A DNA stretch of 44,573 bases, taken from Thermodesulfovibrionales bacterium (GTDB lineage: Bacteria > Nitrospirota > Thermodesulfovibrionia > Thermodesulfovibrionales > CALJEL01). The stretch lies in the NCBI GenBank assembly GCA_046292975.1, contig JBKBPW010000002.1:1-44573 (forward strand). Reading direction: 5' to 3'. The translations under genes and the position numbers were made by a program. The notes below the pieces were generated by a model. It saw only the letters and a list, made by a program, of their open reading frames with translations, did no database searches and was not told where the DNA came from. Of this stretch, positions 34,615 through 43,791 are shown piece by piece. Numbering within the stretch: position 1 is the stretch's first letter; the number at the start of each line of letters is the position of its first letter.

Positions 34615-35851
34615 CCTTTTTTTCCTCCTTAGCATCTCTCATGAATGCAGGCATATCAAGGGGTTCATCATACTGTAACAATTCCTTTGGAAGCTCAAAA
34701 CCTTCAAGGGATTTTGAAAGTACCCTCCTTGCACCATAATTAATACCAGGTGAGTTAAGAGGTCTCGGCGTCTTCAAAAAATCGTCAGATCTTCTGGTAT
34801 CTCCCTGAGGTTTTATCTCTACATCTGGTACCTCCTTCTTAGCTGCGGAAGTAAGGACATTCTCACCCCTTTGAACAGATGAGTCTGAGCTTACTTCTGG
34901 ATCATAGTCGCCAGCAACAATTGTTACCTTAATCGAGTCCTTCATTGATTCATCAATAACAGCACCAAATATAAGATGTACATTATCATGCACCGCATCA
35001 TAAATAAAGGAACAGGCATCATTTACAGAATCTATATCCATGTCCGGTCCACCTGTTATATTAAGCAAAACCCTCCTTGCACCCTCAATACCTGATTCCT
35101 CAAGAAGCGGGTTCATAACCGCCCTTTTTGCTGCCTCTATACCTGAGCCTTTGCCAGAGGCAATACCAACACCCATGACAGCCCTTCCAGCACCGCTAAG
35201 CACAGTCTTTACATCAGCAAAGTCAAGGTTTATCAGGCCTGGCTTGATTATAAGGTCAGTTATTCCCTGAACAGCCTGTCTCAGGACATCATTTACAAGT
35301 TCAAAGGATTTTGTCAGGGACATGCCCTTCTGAGCAATAAGTCTTATCCTGTCATTAGGTATGACAATTAGAGAGTCAACATTCTTTTTTAGCTCCTCTA
35401 TTCCCTTAAGGGCATTGTCAAGTCTTCTCTTGCCTTCATAATAAAAGGGTCTGGTAACAATAGCCACTGTGAGGATTCCCAGTTCCTTTGCTATGGCTGC
35501 AACCACAGGAGCACCTCCTGTGCCTGTACCTCCCCCCATGCCTGCTGTTATGAATATCATATCAGCTCCTTTGAGAACCTCCTCTATCCGTGAGGCATCC
35601 TCCATCGCAGCGTCTCTACCAAGCTGGGGGTTAGAGCCTGCTCCAAGACCTTTTGTTATCCTTGAGCCTATCTGAAGCTTTAATGGTGCAAGTGAAAGGG
35701 AGAGTGCCTGCGTATCTGTATTTATTGCTATAAATTCTACCCCTGTTATCCCTGAGGAGATCATACTGTTTATGGCATTTCCACCTCCTCCACCAATACC
35801 TATTACCTTTATCCTTGCACCACCTTCTATGACTTCTTCAAGCTCAAACAT
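34604..35851 (-). CDS. ftsZ: Cell division protein FtsZ
   Basis: Tubulin signature GGGTGTGGAPV, plus NTDTQAL. The C-terminal tail has a conserved DMPAFMR peptide. Confidence 0.97.
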   Translation of the reverse strand: MFELEEVIEGGARIKVIGIGGGGGNAINSMISSGITGVEFIAINTDTQALSLSLAPLKLQIGSRITKGLGAGSNPQLGRDAAMEDASRIEEVLKGADMIFITAGMGGGTGTGGAPVVAAIAKELGILTVAIVTRPFYYEGKRRLDNALKGIEELKKNVDSLIVIPNDRIRLIAQKGMSLTKSFELVNDVLRQAVQGITDLIIKPGLINLDFADVKTVLSGAGRAVMGVGIASGKGSGIEAAKRAVMNPLLEESGIEGARRVLLNITGGPDMDIDSVNDACSFIYDAVHDNVHLIFGAVIDESMKDSIKVTIVAGDYDPEVSSDSSVQRGENVLTSAAKKEVPDVEIKPQGDTRRSDDFLKTPRPLNSPGINYGARRVLSKSLEGFELPKELLQYDEPLDMPAFMRDAKEEKKDEA

Positions 35852-35864
35852 AGGCTACCTCCTT

Positions 35865-37106
35865 TTACTGGTGCTCAGAAGTCAGAACCCTCTTTGTTCT
35901 GAGCTCTGATACCAATTTCCTCGGTGTATTTAAAATGACCTTTGCCTTTTTAATTAAATCTCCAATCAGGTATTTCCAATTCTTATCAGGCTTCATACCC
36001 TCTATAGCGACCTTCCATAAACCAAATACCAGACTGTCTTGCGGACCGGGCTGGGCAGAAGAAATACTGGGGCCCCTGAATCCTTCTGGGCAACCTATCC
36101 TTACAGGCATTCCAAGAAGGGACTCAATAAGGTTATCAAGCCCGTTGAGTACAGAGCTTCCTCCTGTTATCACAACTCCACATAAACCGGGTAAGCCCTT
36201 AATAGAATCCTTAATCAAAGAGATAAGTTCCTCAGACCTTGCATAGATAATCTCTTCAATAATTCCAAGAGAAATAGTCCTCCTGTTTCTCAGACTATCT
36301 ATCTCTATCTCATCAGATGAATTCCTTAAAACCGCAGAGCCATATTTTATCTTAAGCCTCTCTGCCTCCTGAACAGGTATCTTCAGACCTATAGCAAGAT
36401 CATTGGTTATATGATTACCTCCAACAGTTATGGTTTTTGTGAAAAGGAGTCTTCTGTCCTTAAATACAGAAATATCAGTTGTGCCTCCTCCAATATCCAC
36501 AAGCAAAACACCCTCTTCAATCTCTTCATCCTTAAGTATCGCCTTTTGAAGGGCAATGGGTTTAAAGATAAATTCCTTTATCCTGAGACCTGCCTGCTCA
36601 CAGCAGGCTGAAAGGTTTTCCAGAGGATTTATTAATGCTGTTATTATCTGTACCTTTACCTCAAGTCTGAAACCCTTCATACCAAGGGGATTTTTTATTC
36701 CTGATTCTCCATCAAGGAAAAATTCCACGGGAATAACATGAAGTACTTCCCTGTCAAGGGGTATATAAACAGAGTCTGCAGAGCTTATTGCATTTTGTAT
36801 ATCTCTCTCTGTAATCTTTTTCCCTCCTGTTCCTGTAGCGCCATAACTTTCAATAATCTGAATAGAGCTCCCTGATATGGCAGTTACAACAGAATCAACC
36901 CTGACTGAATACCTTTTCTCAGCCTCCTTAATTGCATCTTTAATAGAGCTGGATGCCTCTGTCATATCAATTATTAGGCCTTTCCTTATGCCCCTTGATG
37001 GAACTGTTATAAAGCCCTTCAATTCAGGTCCACTGGCTGTGAGCCTTCCTGTAAGAAGGTTAACCTTGCTTGTTCCAATATCCAGGCAGTTTATCTCATG
37101 AGCCAT
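35865..37106 (-). CDS. ftsA: Cell division protein FtsA
   Basis: Actin-like ATPase motifs LDIGTSKV, DIGGGTTDISVF and VITGGSS. Located immediately upstream of ftsZ. Confidence 0.95.
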   Translation of the reverse strand: MAHEINCLDIGTSKVNLLTGRLTASGPELKGFITVPSRGIRKGLIIDMTEASSSIKDAIKEAEKRYSVRVDSVVTAISGSSIQIIESYGATGTGGKKITERDIQNAISSADSVYIPLDREVLHVIPVEFFLDGESGIKNPLGMKGFRLEVKVQIITALINPLENLSACCEQAGLRIKEFIFKPIALQKAILKDEEIEEGVLLVDIGGGTTDISVFKDRRLLFTKTITVGGNHITNDLAIGLKIPVQEAERLKIKYGSAVLRNSSDEIEIDSLRNRRTISLGIIEEIIYARSEELISLIKDSIKGLPGLCGVVITGGSSVLNGLDNLIESLLGMPVRIGCPEGFRGPSISSAQPGPQDSLVFGLWKVAIEGMKPDKNWKYLIGDLIKKAKVILNTPRKLVSELRTKRVLTSEHQ

Positions 37107-37124
37107 AGTAAGACTCCAAAATTT

Positions 37125-37934
37125 TTAATGATTTTTCTGTCCGGCATTCGGAGCCCCCTCGTTTCCCTTTACTATCACCCTGTCATTAAACCTGAGGTCA
37201 ATAATGGAAGGACTGATTGCCCTCTGCCTTATCGATGGTGCAAAGTCTATAAGCCTTTTTAGCTTTTCATTGTATCTACCATATCCCACCCTTATTGAGA
37301 CCTGATTTATTCTATTGTCAGCACCACTGCCTCCAGATCTTAACAGGATTGTGAGGTCTTCCTTTTTGGAACCTGTAAGGGTTATATTGCCTTCCCCTGG
37401 GGTGATATTCAGTGTTCTCATCTCCTTGAGAAGTAAGAGGGCCTCCAGAAGCAATTCCCGATTTTCATAATCAATTTCAAGAACTGGAAGCATCACAGGG
37501 CTGTCCTGCCTGAGTTCCTCCAGGATAACACCTGTATCATCAATAAGATAAAGCCTCCCTTCTCTTTTTATCACTGCCTCTGGCCTTGCCTCCTCAACCC
37601 AGATAATCAGTCTGTCAGGGATCCCTTTTTTTACAACAGCCTCCTTTATCCAGGGTGAGCCAATAAGCCTGTGATAGACCTCAGAACTTGATATATCAAT
37701 GAGACTCCTTTTGCCACTGTTTCTTAAACCCGCAATCCTTTTTAGTTCCTCCTCAGAGATGACCTTATTGCCTTTTATAATAACCCTCTCAAGGACAAGC
37801 AGACTCTTTATAGCCCTGTAAGAAAAAAAGAGACCAAGACCGAGGATAACAAACCCAATAAGTATGAAAAGGCCGATGGGTCTTTTCTTCATCTCAAACT
37901 CTCTCAGGTTCCTATGCCTTTTTGAGTGCATCAA
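37125..37934 (-). CDS. ftsQ: Cell division protein FtsQ (POTRA domain)
   Basis: Single TM (IGLFILIGFVILGLGLFF) followed by a POTRA-like segment (VIIKGNKVISEEEL). Located between ddl and ftsA. AAGGAG precedes the TTG at 37934 and the ATG at 37931. Confidence 0.85.
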   Translation of the reverse strand: MMHSKRHRNLREFEMKKRPIGLFILIGFVILGLGLFFSYRAIKSLLVLERVIIKGNKVISEEELKRIAGLRNSGKRSLIDISSSEVYHRLIGSPWIKEAVVKKGIPDRLIIWVEEARPEAVIKREGRLYLIDDTGVILEELRQDSPVMLPVLEIDYENRELLLEALLLLKEMRTLNITPGEGNITLTGSKKEDLTILLRSGGSGADNRINQVSIRVGYGRYNEKLKRLIDFAPSIRQRAISPSIIDLRFNDRVIVKGNEGAPNAGQKNH

Positions 37935-38967
37935 AGAGTATCTCCTTTACAAGGTCATCAAAACTTATTCCAGCAGAAGCGGCAATCTTTGGAAGAAGGG
38001 ATGTCTCTGTCATACCAGGTATTGTGTTGACTTCAAGGACAAAGGGTTCACCCCTGTCTGTAATTATAAGGTCAACCCTTGTGGCACCCCTGCATCCAAG
38101 TGCCCTGTGTGCAAGGAGCCCTGTTTGTAAAACCCTCTGAAGCATAGCCTCAGGTATCTCAGGAGGGATTATATAGTCTGTCATGCCTGGTGTGTACTTT
38201 GCCTTATAACTATAAAATCTCTCCCTCGGTCTCACCTCAACCGCACCAATAGCCCTATCACCAAGGACTCCCACATGTATCTCTTTACCTTTAATATATC
38301 TCTCAACAATACATTGACCGTACTTTTTTGCCTCTGCTATAGCTTCAGCCAGTTCTGAAGGGGCCTCTACAATGCTCACACCCACGCTTGAGCCTTCATG
38401 AACCGGTTTCACAACAAGTGGCAGACCCAATCTATTGACTATCTCCCTTTCATCTATAGCACCCTCAAAAATCTTTTGATTTTCTGGGGACTCAGTATAT
38501 CCCTCATCAATAATCATAAAGTCAGCAACATTAAGACCTGCTGACTTAAATAATCTCTTTGAGATTAATTTATCCATTGCAAGGCTTGATGCCATGATAC
38601 CTGAGCCTGTATAAGGTATACCCATTACCTCAAGAAATCCCTGTATTGCACCATTCTCACCAATCCCTCCATGGAGGGCAAGAAAAAGGCAATCAAATCT
38701 CCTCTTCCTTAAAAATCCTGAAAGTGTAGAGGGTATAACAGGCTTGAGTTTCAGTGTCTTTATAAGTTTTTTCTCCTCAAGCCCTGGGCTATAAACTTCT
38801 GGTCTCAGGTCTATCCTCTCAACCCTGAAACCAAGCCTTTCAAGACTATTCGCAATAGCCCTTCCACTTCTTAAAGAGACCTCCCTTTCAGAGGAAAGTC
38901 CTCCCATAAGTACACCTATTTTTAATTTACTGCTGGATGATCTCTTCCTGTTCTTCATTCCTTTCAT
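37912..38967 (-). CDS. ddl: D-alanine--D-alanine ligase
   Basis: Motifs KIGVLMGGLSSEREVS, FLALHGGIGENG, PLVVKP..EGSSVG and LEVNTIPGMT. Confidence 0.93.
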   Translation of the reverse strand: MKGMKNRKRSSSSKLKIGVLMGGLSSEREVSLRSGRAIANSLERLGFRVERIDLRPEVYSPGLEEKKLIKTLKLKPVIPSTLSGFLRKRRFDCLFLALHGGIGENGAIQGFLEVMGIPYTGSGIMASSLAMDKLISKRLFKSAGLNVADFMIIDEGYTESPENQKIFEGAIDEREIVNRLGLPLVVKPVHEGSSVGVSIVEAPSELAEAIAEAKKYGQCIVERYIKGKEIHVGVLGDRAIGAVEVRPRERFYSYKAKYTPGMTDYIIPPEIPEAMLQRVLQTGLLAHRALGCRGATRVDLIITDRGEPFVLEVNTIPGMTETSLLPKIAASAGISFDDLVKEILFDALKKA

Positions 38968-38975
38968 CAGCTACC

Positions 38976-39185
38976 TAAATTTGCCGATAGAGATAGGGGG
39001 TATGCCGAAAGGCCTTTATTGCGACACCTTAATGTAAGCTTTTTAATCCCCATCACCGAACATAACCTCCTTCACCTTATTGATGAAAACTGTTTGTGAC
39101 ATGATAAATAAATTTTTGTCGCCCTTATAAAGGCCTTGAGGCATACTCCCTACCTTAATGCATGTTCCTATCGGCACTTTACAGT
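38976..39185. mobile_element. MITE-like palindromic element (about 210 bp, about 60-bp imperfect terminal inverted repeats) between ddl and murB
   Basis: The left arm holds TTGCCGATAG (38981-38990) and AAAGGCCTTTATTGCGACA (39008-39026). These are reverse complements of CTATCGGCAC (39169-39178) and TTGTCGCCCTTATAAAGGCCTT (39116-39137) in the right arm. The right arm carries both conserved boxes seen at 4008-4065 and 21308-21338. No ORF lies inside. Confidence 0.6.
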
Positions 39186-40085
39186 ACCCCTTATGATCTT
39201 TACCTCAGGTTCAAGGAGGATATTAAATCTCCTGAGCACCCTTTCCTGAACCTCCTCCAGCAGGGTCAGAAAATCCTTCTGAGTGCCCCTTCCCCTGTTC
39301 ACTATAAAATTTGCATGAACCATACTTACCTCCATATCTCCAGACCTCATACCCTTACAACCAGCCTCGTCAATAAGCCTTCCAGCAAAACCTCCTGGAG
39401 GATTTTTAAATACAGAACCTGCAGATGGAAGATTTATTGGCTGGCTCTGCCTCCTCCTGTGTAAATAATCCCTCATCATAGACTCAAGATCCCTGCTTCT
39501 ATTTTTTTTCAGATAGAACTCAGCCTCTACAATGATATCGTCATCAGTAAAAGAAGAACTCCTGTAATCAAATGTAAGCTCATCCTTCTTGAACTCCTTT
39601 AAAACACCTTCTCTGGTAATGATCCTTACGGCCCTGAGATTATCTTTTATCTCATATCCATAGGCACCTGCATTTCCCTTAATAGCGCCTCCTACTGACC
39701 CTGGTATTCCAAGAAGACCTTCAAGGCCCTGAAGTCCCTCCCTGACAGTAAACCTTACAAGATGAGCAAGGGGAAGCCCTCCACCTGCAACTATAGTGTT
39801 TTCATCTATTCTTTTTAAATATCTCAAGCCTGATAATGATAGAACAAAGATCTCCATCTCCTCATCAGGCCAGACTATATTGCTTCCACCACCAACTACC
39901 ATGTATCTTATTGAACTCTCTTTTAAAAGAAGGAGCAATCTCTGAAGTTCTTCAATATCCCTCACATGGACAAAGGCAGAAACAGGCCCTCCTATCCTCA
40001 GTGTTGTATGAAGCCTCATAGGTTCATCCTCAAGAAGGGTCATACCCTCATACTTCAGGCTTCTGATCAAGTTCTTAATCGCCAT
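39168..40085 (-). CDS. murB: UDP-N-acetylenolpyruvoylglucosamine reductase MurB
   Basis: FAD-binding region (TTLRIGGP, VVGGGSN). C-terminal catalytic region (PSAGSVFKNP). Confidence 0.93.
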   Translation of the reverse strand: MAIKNLIRSLKYEGMTLLEDEPMRLHTTLRIGGPVSAFVHVRDIEELQRLLLLLKESSIRYMVVGGGSNIVWPDEEMEIFVLSLSGLRYLKRIDENTIVAGGGLPLAHLVRFTVREGLQGLEGLLGIPGSVGGAIKGNAGAYGYEIKDNLRAVRIITREGVLKEFKKDELTFDYRSSSFTDDDIIVEAEFYLKKNRSRDLESMMRDYLHRRRQSQPINLPSAGSVFKNPPGGFAGRLIDEAGCKGMRSGDMEVSMVHANFIVNRGRGTQKDFLTLLEEVQERVLRRFNILLEPEVKIIRGTVKCR

Positions 40086-41526
40086 GCTTTAACCTCTTTA
40101 TTAACTCCTCTCCTATCTTCCAGACATCTCCAGCTCCCATGGTAAGGACGATATCAAACTCCTTTAATTTTTTCTTTACGGTCTTGATAAGCTCCTCCCT
40201 GTCAGATATATAAAATATAGATGAAGACCTGAGGCCAGATTTCTCCGAGTTACTCCTCTGGATTATTGATTCATAAATGACTCCTGTTCTAACACCCTCT
40301 ATGGGTCTCTCACCAGCAGGATATATGTCCATGAGAAATAGAATATCGGCATCACCAAAACATGTGGAGAATTCTCCTATAAGATCCCTTGTCCTTGTAT
40401 ACCTGTGGGGCTGGAATAGGAGTACAAGTCTACCCTTTTCTTTAAGTAAAGACTCCTTAACAGCCCTCAGAGTAGCTCTTATCTCTGTGGGGTGATGTCC
40501 ATAATCATCATAGAATCTTATCCCATGAACCGAACCTTTAAATTCAAGTCTCCTCTTTATCCCGCTGAAGGATGCAAGACCCTTTCTTATGATTTCCCTG
40601 TCAAGTCCGAGTTCACTACCTACTATAAAGGCTGCAAGGGCATTAAGGGAGTTGTGACTCCCGTAAAGGGGTATGGAATATCTTCCCTCATAGACCCCTC
40701 TATTAAATATCTTAAAGGAAAGTCCTCTTTCAGAGGATTCCAGATCTGATAATCTCACATCAGCATCTTCAGAAAATCCATAGGTGATCACCCTCCTCTT
40801 TATTCCAGAAAGTATCTGCCTTACATAGGGATTATCTATACAGAGGATAGCCAGACCATAAAAGGGGACCTTATTGGCAAAATCAGTAAAGGCCTGTTTG
40901 AGGCTCTCCATGTCCTTAAAGAAATCCATGTGTTCTCTATCTATATTTGTTATAACAGCAATGGTAGGATTAAGTTTAAGAAAAGAGCCATCACTCTCAT
41001 CAGCCTCTGCAACGAGAAAGTCTCCTCCTCCAAGTCTTGCATTTACACCTGTGACAGTGAATCTTCCACCAACAATAATCGTCGGGTCAATACCAGCTAC
41101 TGAAAGGACATTTGCTATAAGTGAGGTGGTAGTTGTCTTTCCATGAGCACCTGCCACCAGGATGCTATACTTAAGTCTTCCAATCTCTGCAAGCATCTCC
41201 GCCCTTGGTATCACAGGAATATGAAGTCTTCTTGCCTCCACAACCTCCGGATTGTCCTCTGAAACAGCAGAGGATATAACCACCACATGGGCATTGTGAA
41301 CATTCTCAGGTCTGTGACCAACGAATACCTTTATACCAAGAGACCTCAGCCTCTCTACTGACTCAGAGTCTCTCATATCAGAACCCCTTACCTCATAGCC
41401 AAGATTATGAAGCACCTCTGCTATGCCACTCATCCCTATCCCACCAATTCCAACAAGATGAACAATCCTGTAATCGAAGGGATTCTTGAAAGCAACAGTC
41501 TTTGAGTTTTTTTCAGGCCCTATCAT
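40075..41526 (-). CDS. murC: UDP-N-acetylmuramate--L-alanine ligase MurC
   Basis: Motifs HLVGIGGIGMSGIAEVL, P-loop GAHGKTTTTS and DDYGHHPTEI. Confidence 0.95.
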   Translation of the reverse strand: MIGPEKNSKTVAFKNPFDYRIVHLVGIGGIGMSGIAEVLHNLGYEVRGSDMRDSESVERLRSLGIKVFVGHRPENVHNAHVVVISSAVSEDNPEVVEARRLHIPVIPRAEMLAEIGRLKYSILVAGAHGKTTTTSLIANVLSVAGIDPTIIVGGRFTVTGVNARLGGGDFLVAEADESDGSFLKLNPTIAVITNIDREHMDFFKDMESLKQAFTDFANKVPFYGLAILCIDNPYVRQILSGIKRRVITYGFSEDADVRLSDLESSERGLSFKIFNRGVYEGRYSIPLYGSHNSLNALAAFIVGSELGLDREIIRKGLASFSGIKRRLEFKGSVHGIRFYDDYGHHPTEIRATLRAVKESLLKEKGRLVLLFQPHRYTRTRDLIGEFSTCFGDADILFLMDIYPAGERPIEGVRTGVIYESIIQRSNSEKSGLRSSSIFYISDREELIKTVKKKLKEFDIVLTMGAGDVWKIGEELIKRLKHGD

Positions 41527-42628
41527 TTTTAGTTCCTTTTTTATTAATCATAGTTTCTATGAGGTCCACAACAGCACCGGTTGCATCAGGCCTTCCAAAG
41601 GTCCTGCTATTTTTTTCAAGATCTTTTCTTAATGATTCATCCCTGAGTATTCTCTTTATCTCCCTTGCCAGCCTCTCACCTGTAAGTTCACTTTCAGGTA
41701 TCATTATGGCTGCTCCCATATCATGAAGTTTTTTTGCATTGAATTCCTGATGCCTCTGGGCTGCATAAGGATAGGGTATTAATAGGGCTGCCTTTCCGAG
41801 GGCTGTTATCTCAGCAAGGGTTGTTGCACCTGCCCTTGAGATAATCAGGTCTGCTACTGCATAGGCCTCAGGCATCTGATATATAAAAGGAGCTACTGTA
41901 CCCGACATACTGTATTTTCTGTATGCCTCCTTTACAACCTCATAATCTCTGTCACCTGTCTGGTGAAGAAACTGAAGCTCTTCCTTCATCTCTACAAGAT
42001 AAGGAAGTGAGTCCATGACAACCCTGTTTATATTCCTTGCTCCAGAACTTCCTCCAAAGATAAAAACTGTATATCTCTGAGGTGAAAGACCAAAGAGCCT
42101 CATACCTCCTTCTCTTGAACCCTCCAGGATCCTTGCCCTTACAGGATTACCTGTAAGGATTGTCTTTCTGGAAGGAAAGAAATTAAAACTCTCATGATAG
42201 GTAATGCACACTGCACTGGCAAGCCTTGAAAGCACCCTGTTTGCAAGACCTGGTATGGAATTCTGTTCAAGTATTACTGCAGGTATGCCCAAAAACCTGG
42301 AGACTAATACAGGAGCAAAAGAGGCATATCCACCAACACCTAAGACAGCGTCAGGTCTGTATGACCTGATAATCTTTATTGAATCTATAATGGACAGCAA
42401 TATATTCAAAAGACCCTGCAATGTCTTTAAGATTGATTTCCCTACAATGCCTGAGGAACGAATGAATGCAATTTTATAGCCTTCCCTTGGAATAACCCTT
42501 GCCTCAATGCCATTTACTGTACCGATGAATAAGATATCCTTTATCCCCTCTTGCCTGAGCCTTTCTGCAACGGCTATGCCAGGAAAGAGATGCCCGCCTG
42601 TGCCACCTCCTGCAATAACAACTTTCAT
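41513..42628 (-). CDS. murG: UDP-N-acetylglucosamine--N-acetylmuramyl-(pentapeptide) pyrophosphoryl-undecaprenol GlcNAc transferase MurG
   Basis: Motifs AGGGTGGHLFPGIAVAE, FGGSSGA and SRAGATTLAE. Confidence 0.95.
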   Translation of the reverse strand: MKVVIAGGGTGGHLFPGIAVAERLRQEGIKDILFIGTVNGIEARVIPREGYKIAFIRSSGIVGKSILKTLQGLLNILLSIIDSIKIIRSYRPDAVLGVGGYASFAPVLVSRFLGIPAVILEQNSIPGLANRVLSRLASAVCITYHESFNFFPSRKTILTGNPVRARILEGSREGGMRLFGLSPQRYTVFIFGGSSGARNINRVVMDSLPYLVEMKEELQFLHQTGDRDYEVVKEAYRKYSMSGTVAPFIYQMPEAYAVADLIISRAGATTLAEITALGKAALLIPYPYAAQRHQEFNAKKLHDMGAAIMIPESELTGERLAREIKRILRDESLRKDLEKNSRTFGRPDATGAVVDLIETMINKKGTKNDRA

Positions 42629-43791
42629 GAGCTAAGCCCTCTCAATTTCCTCACATAGGCCTTCTTCTTTTCTATAATCAGCTCCATTTTCTTTACCCCA
42701 TCCCTGAGGATATATTCAGAATTCCTTGAGATATTAAGAAGGAGCCCAATTGCGATCATGTTTACCACAAGGGATGACCCACCATAACTGATAAATGGAA
42801 GGGGAAGGCCCTTTGTTGGTGCGAGACCTGTTGCAACTGAAAAGTTTACCACCGCCTCTATCGCAATCATAAGTGAAATACCTGAGGCAAGATAATAGGA
42901 AAAGGGGTCCTTTGTCTTTTTTGCAATAGAGACCCCTCTAAGAAATAACCAGAGGAACAACAGCACAACAATATATGCCCCGATAAGCCCCAGTTCCTCT
43001 CCAACCAGGGCAAATATAAAGTCATTGTGTATTGCTGGAAGATAGAGGAGCTTCTGTTTGCTCTCTCCAAGGCCAACTCCTATAAGACCTCCGCTTCCAA
43101 AGGCAATCAATGACTGAATAAGCTGAAAGCCGCTTCCGGTGGGATCGCTCCATGGATCAAGGAATGCAACTATCCTCTTCCATCTGTAAGGCTCCTTTAT
43201 AAGGTAATAGATCACGGGAATCAATATTACTCCCAGAGAGGCAATATACTTAAGTCTCATCCCTGAAAGAAATATCATTGAAAGTGTCAGTATCCCGAAT
43301 GTCATGAAGGCACCAAAATCAGGCTGCCTTATGAATATCACCTGGAAACAACCCATTACAACTACAGGGATAATCATTTCTTTCCAGCTATCTGGTAAAT
43401 ATCTCTCCCTTGACATATACCAGGAAAGAAAAAGAACCATAGAAAACTTTGCAAGTTCTGATGGCTGAAAGGCTGTTGGCCAGAGTCTTAACCATCTCCG
43501 TGCACCGCCAGCACTGATGCCAAGGCCGGTGAAAACAAGCATAAGTAAGGAGAAAGAAAAAATAAGAAGGGGTATTGCCATTGCCCTTATTACTCGCAGT
43601 TCTATGTTTGTAAAGAATAAAAGTAAAAGGATACCCATTAAAAAGGTCAACAGGTGTTTCTTGAGATAATAATAAGATTGTGTACCTGTCTCTGGTGATA
43701 CAGAGGTTGAACTATAGACCATAAGTATGCCTATCATGGAAAGGCTCAGGGTTATAAAAAGGATAGTCCTGTCAATCCTGCCTGATGCCAC
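42625..43791 (-). CDS. ftsW: Peptidoglycan glycosyltransferase FtsW (SEDS family)
   Basis: Polytopic. SEDS motifs: RWLRL....FQPSELAK, QPDFG, HNDFIFA, GLPLPFISYGGSS. Confidence 0.92.
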   Translation of the reverse strand: MASGRIDRTILFITLSLSMIGILMVYSSTSVSPETGTQSYYYLKKHLLTFLMGILLLLFFTNIELRVIRAMAIPLLIFSFSLLMLVFTGLGISAGGARRWLRLWPTAFQPSELAKFSMVLFLSWYMSRERYLPDSWKEMIIPVVVMGCFQVIFIRQPDFGAFMTFGILTLSMIFLSGMRLKYIASLGVILIPVIYYLIKEPYRWKRIVAFLDPWSDPTGSGFQLIQSLIAFGSGGLIGVGLGESKQKLLYLPAIHNDFIFALVGEELGLIGAYIVVLLFLWLFLRGVSIAKKTKDPFSYYLASGISLMIAIEAVVNFSVATGLAPTKGLPLPFISYGGSSLVVNMIAIGLLLNISRNSEYILRDGVKKMELIIEKKKAYVRKLRGLSS

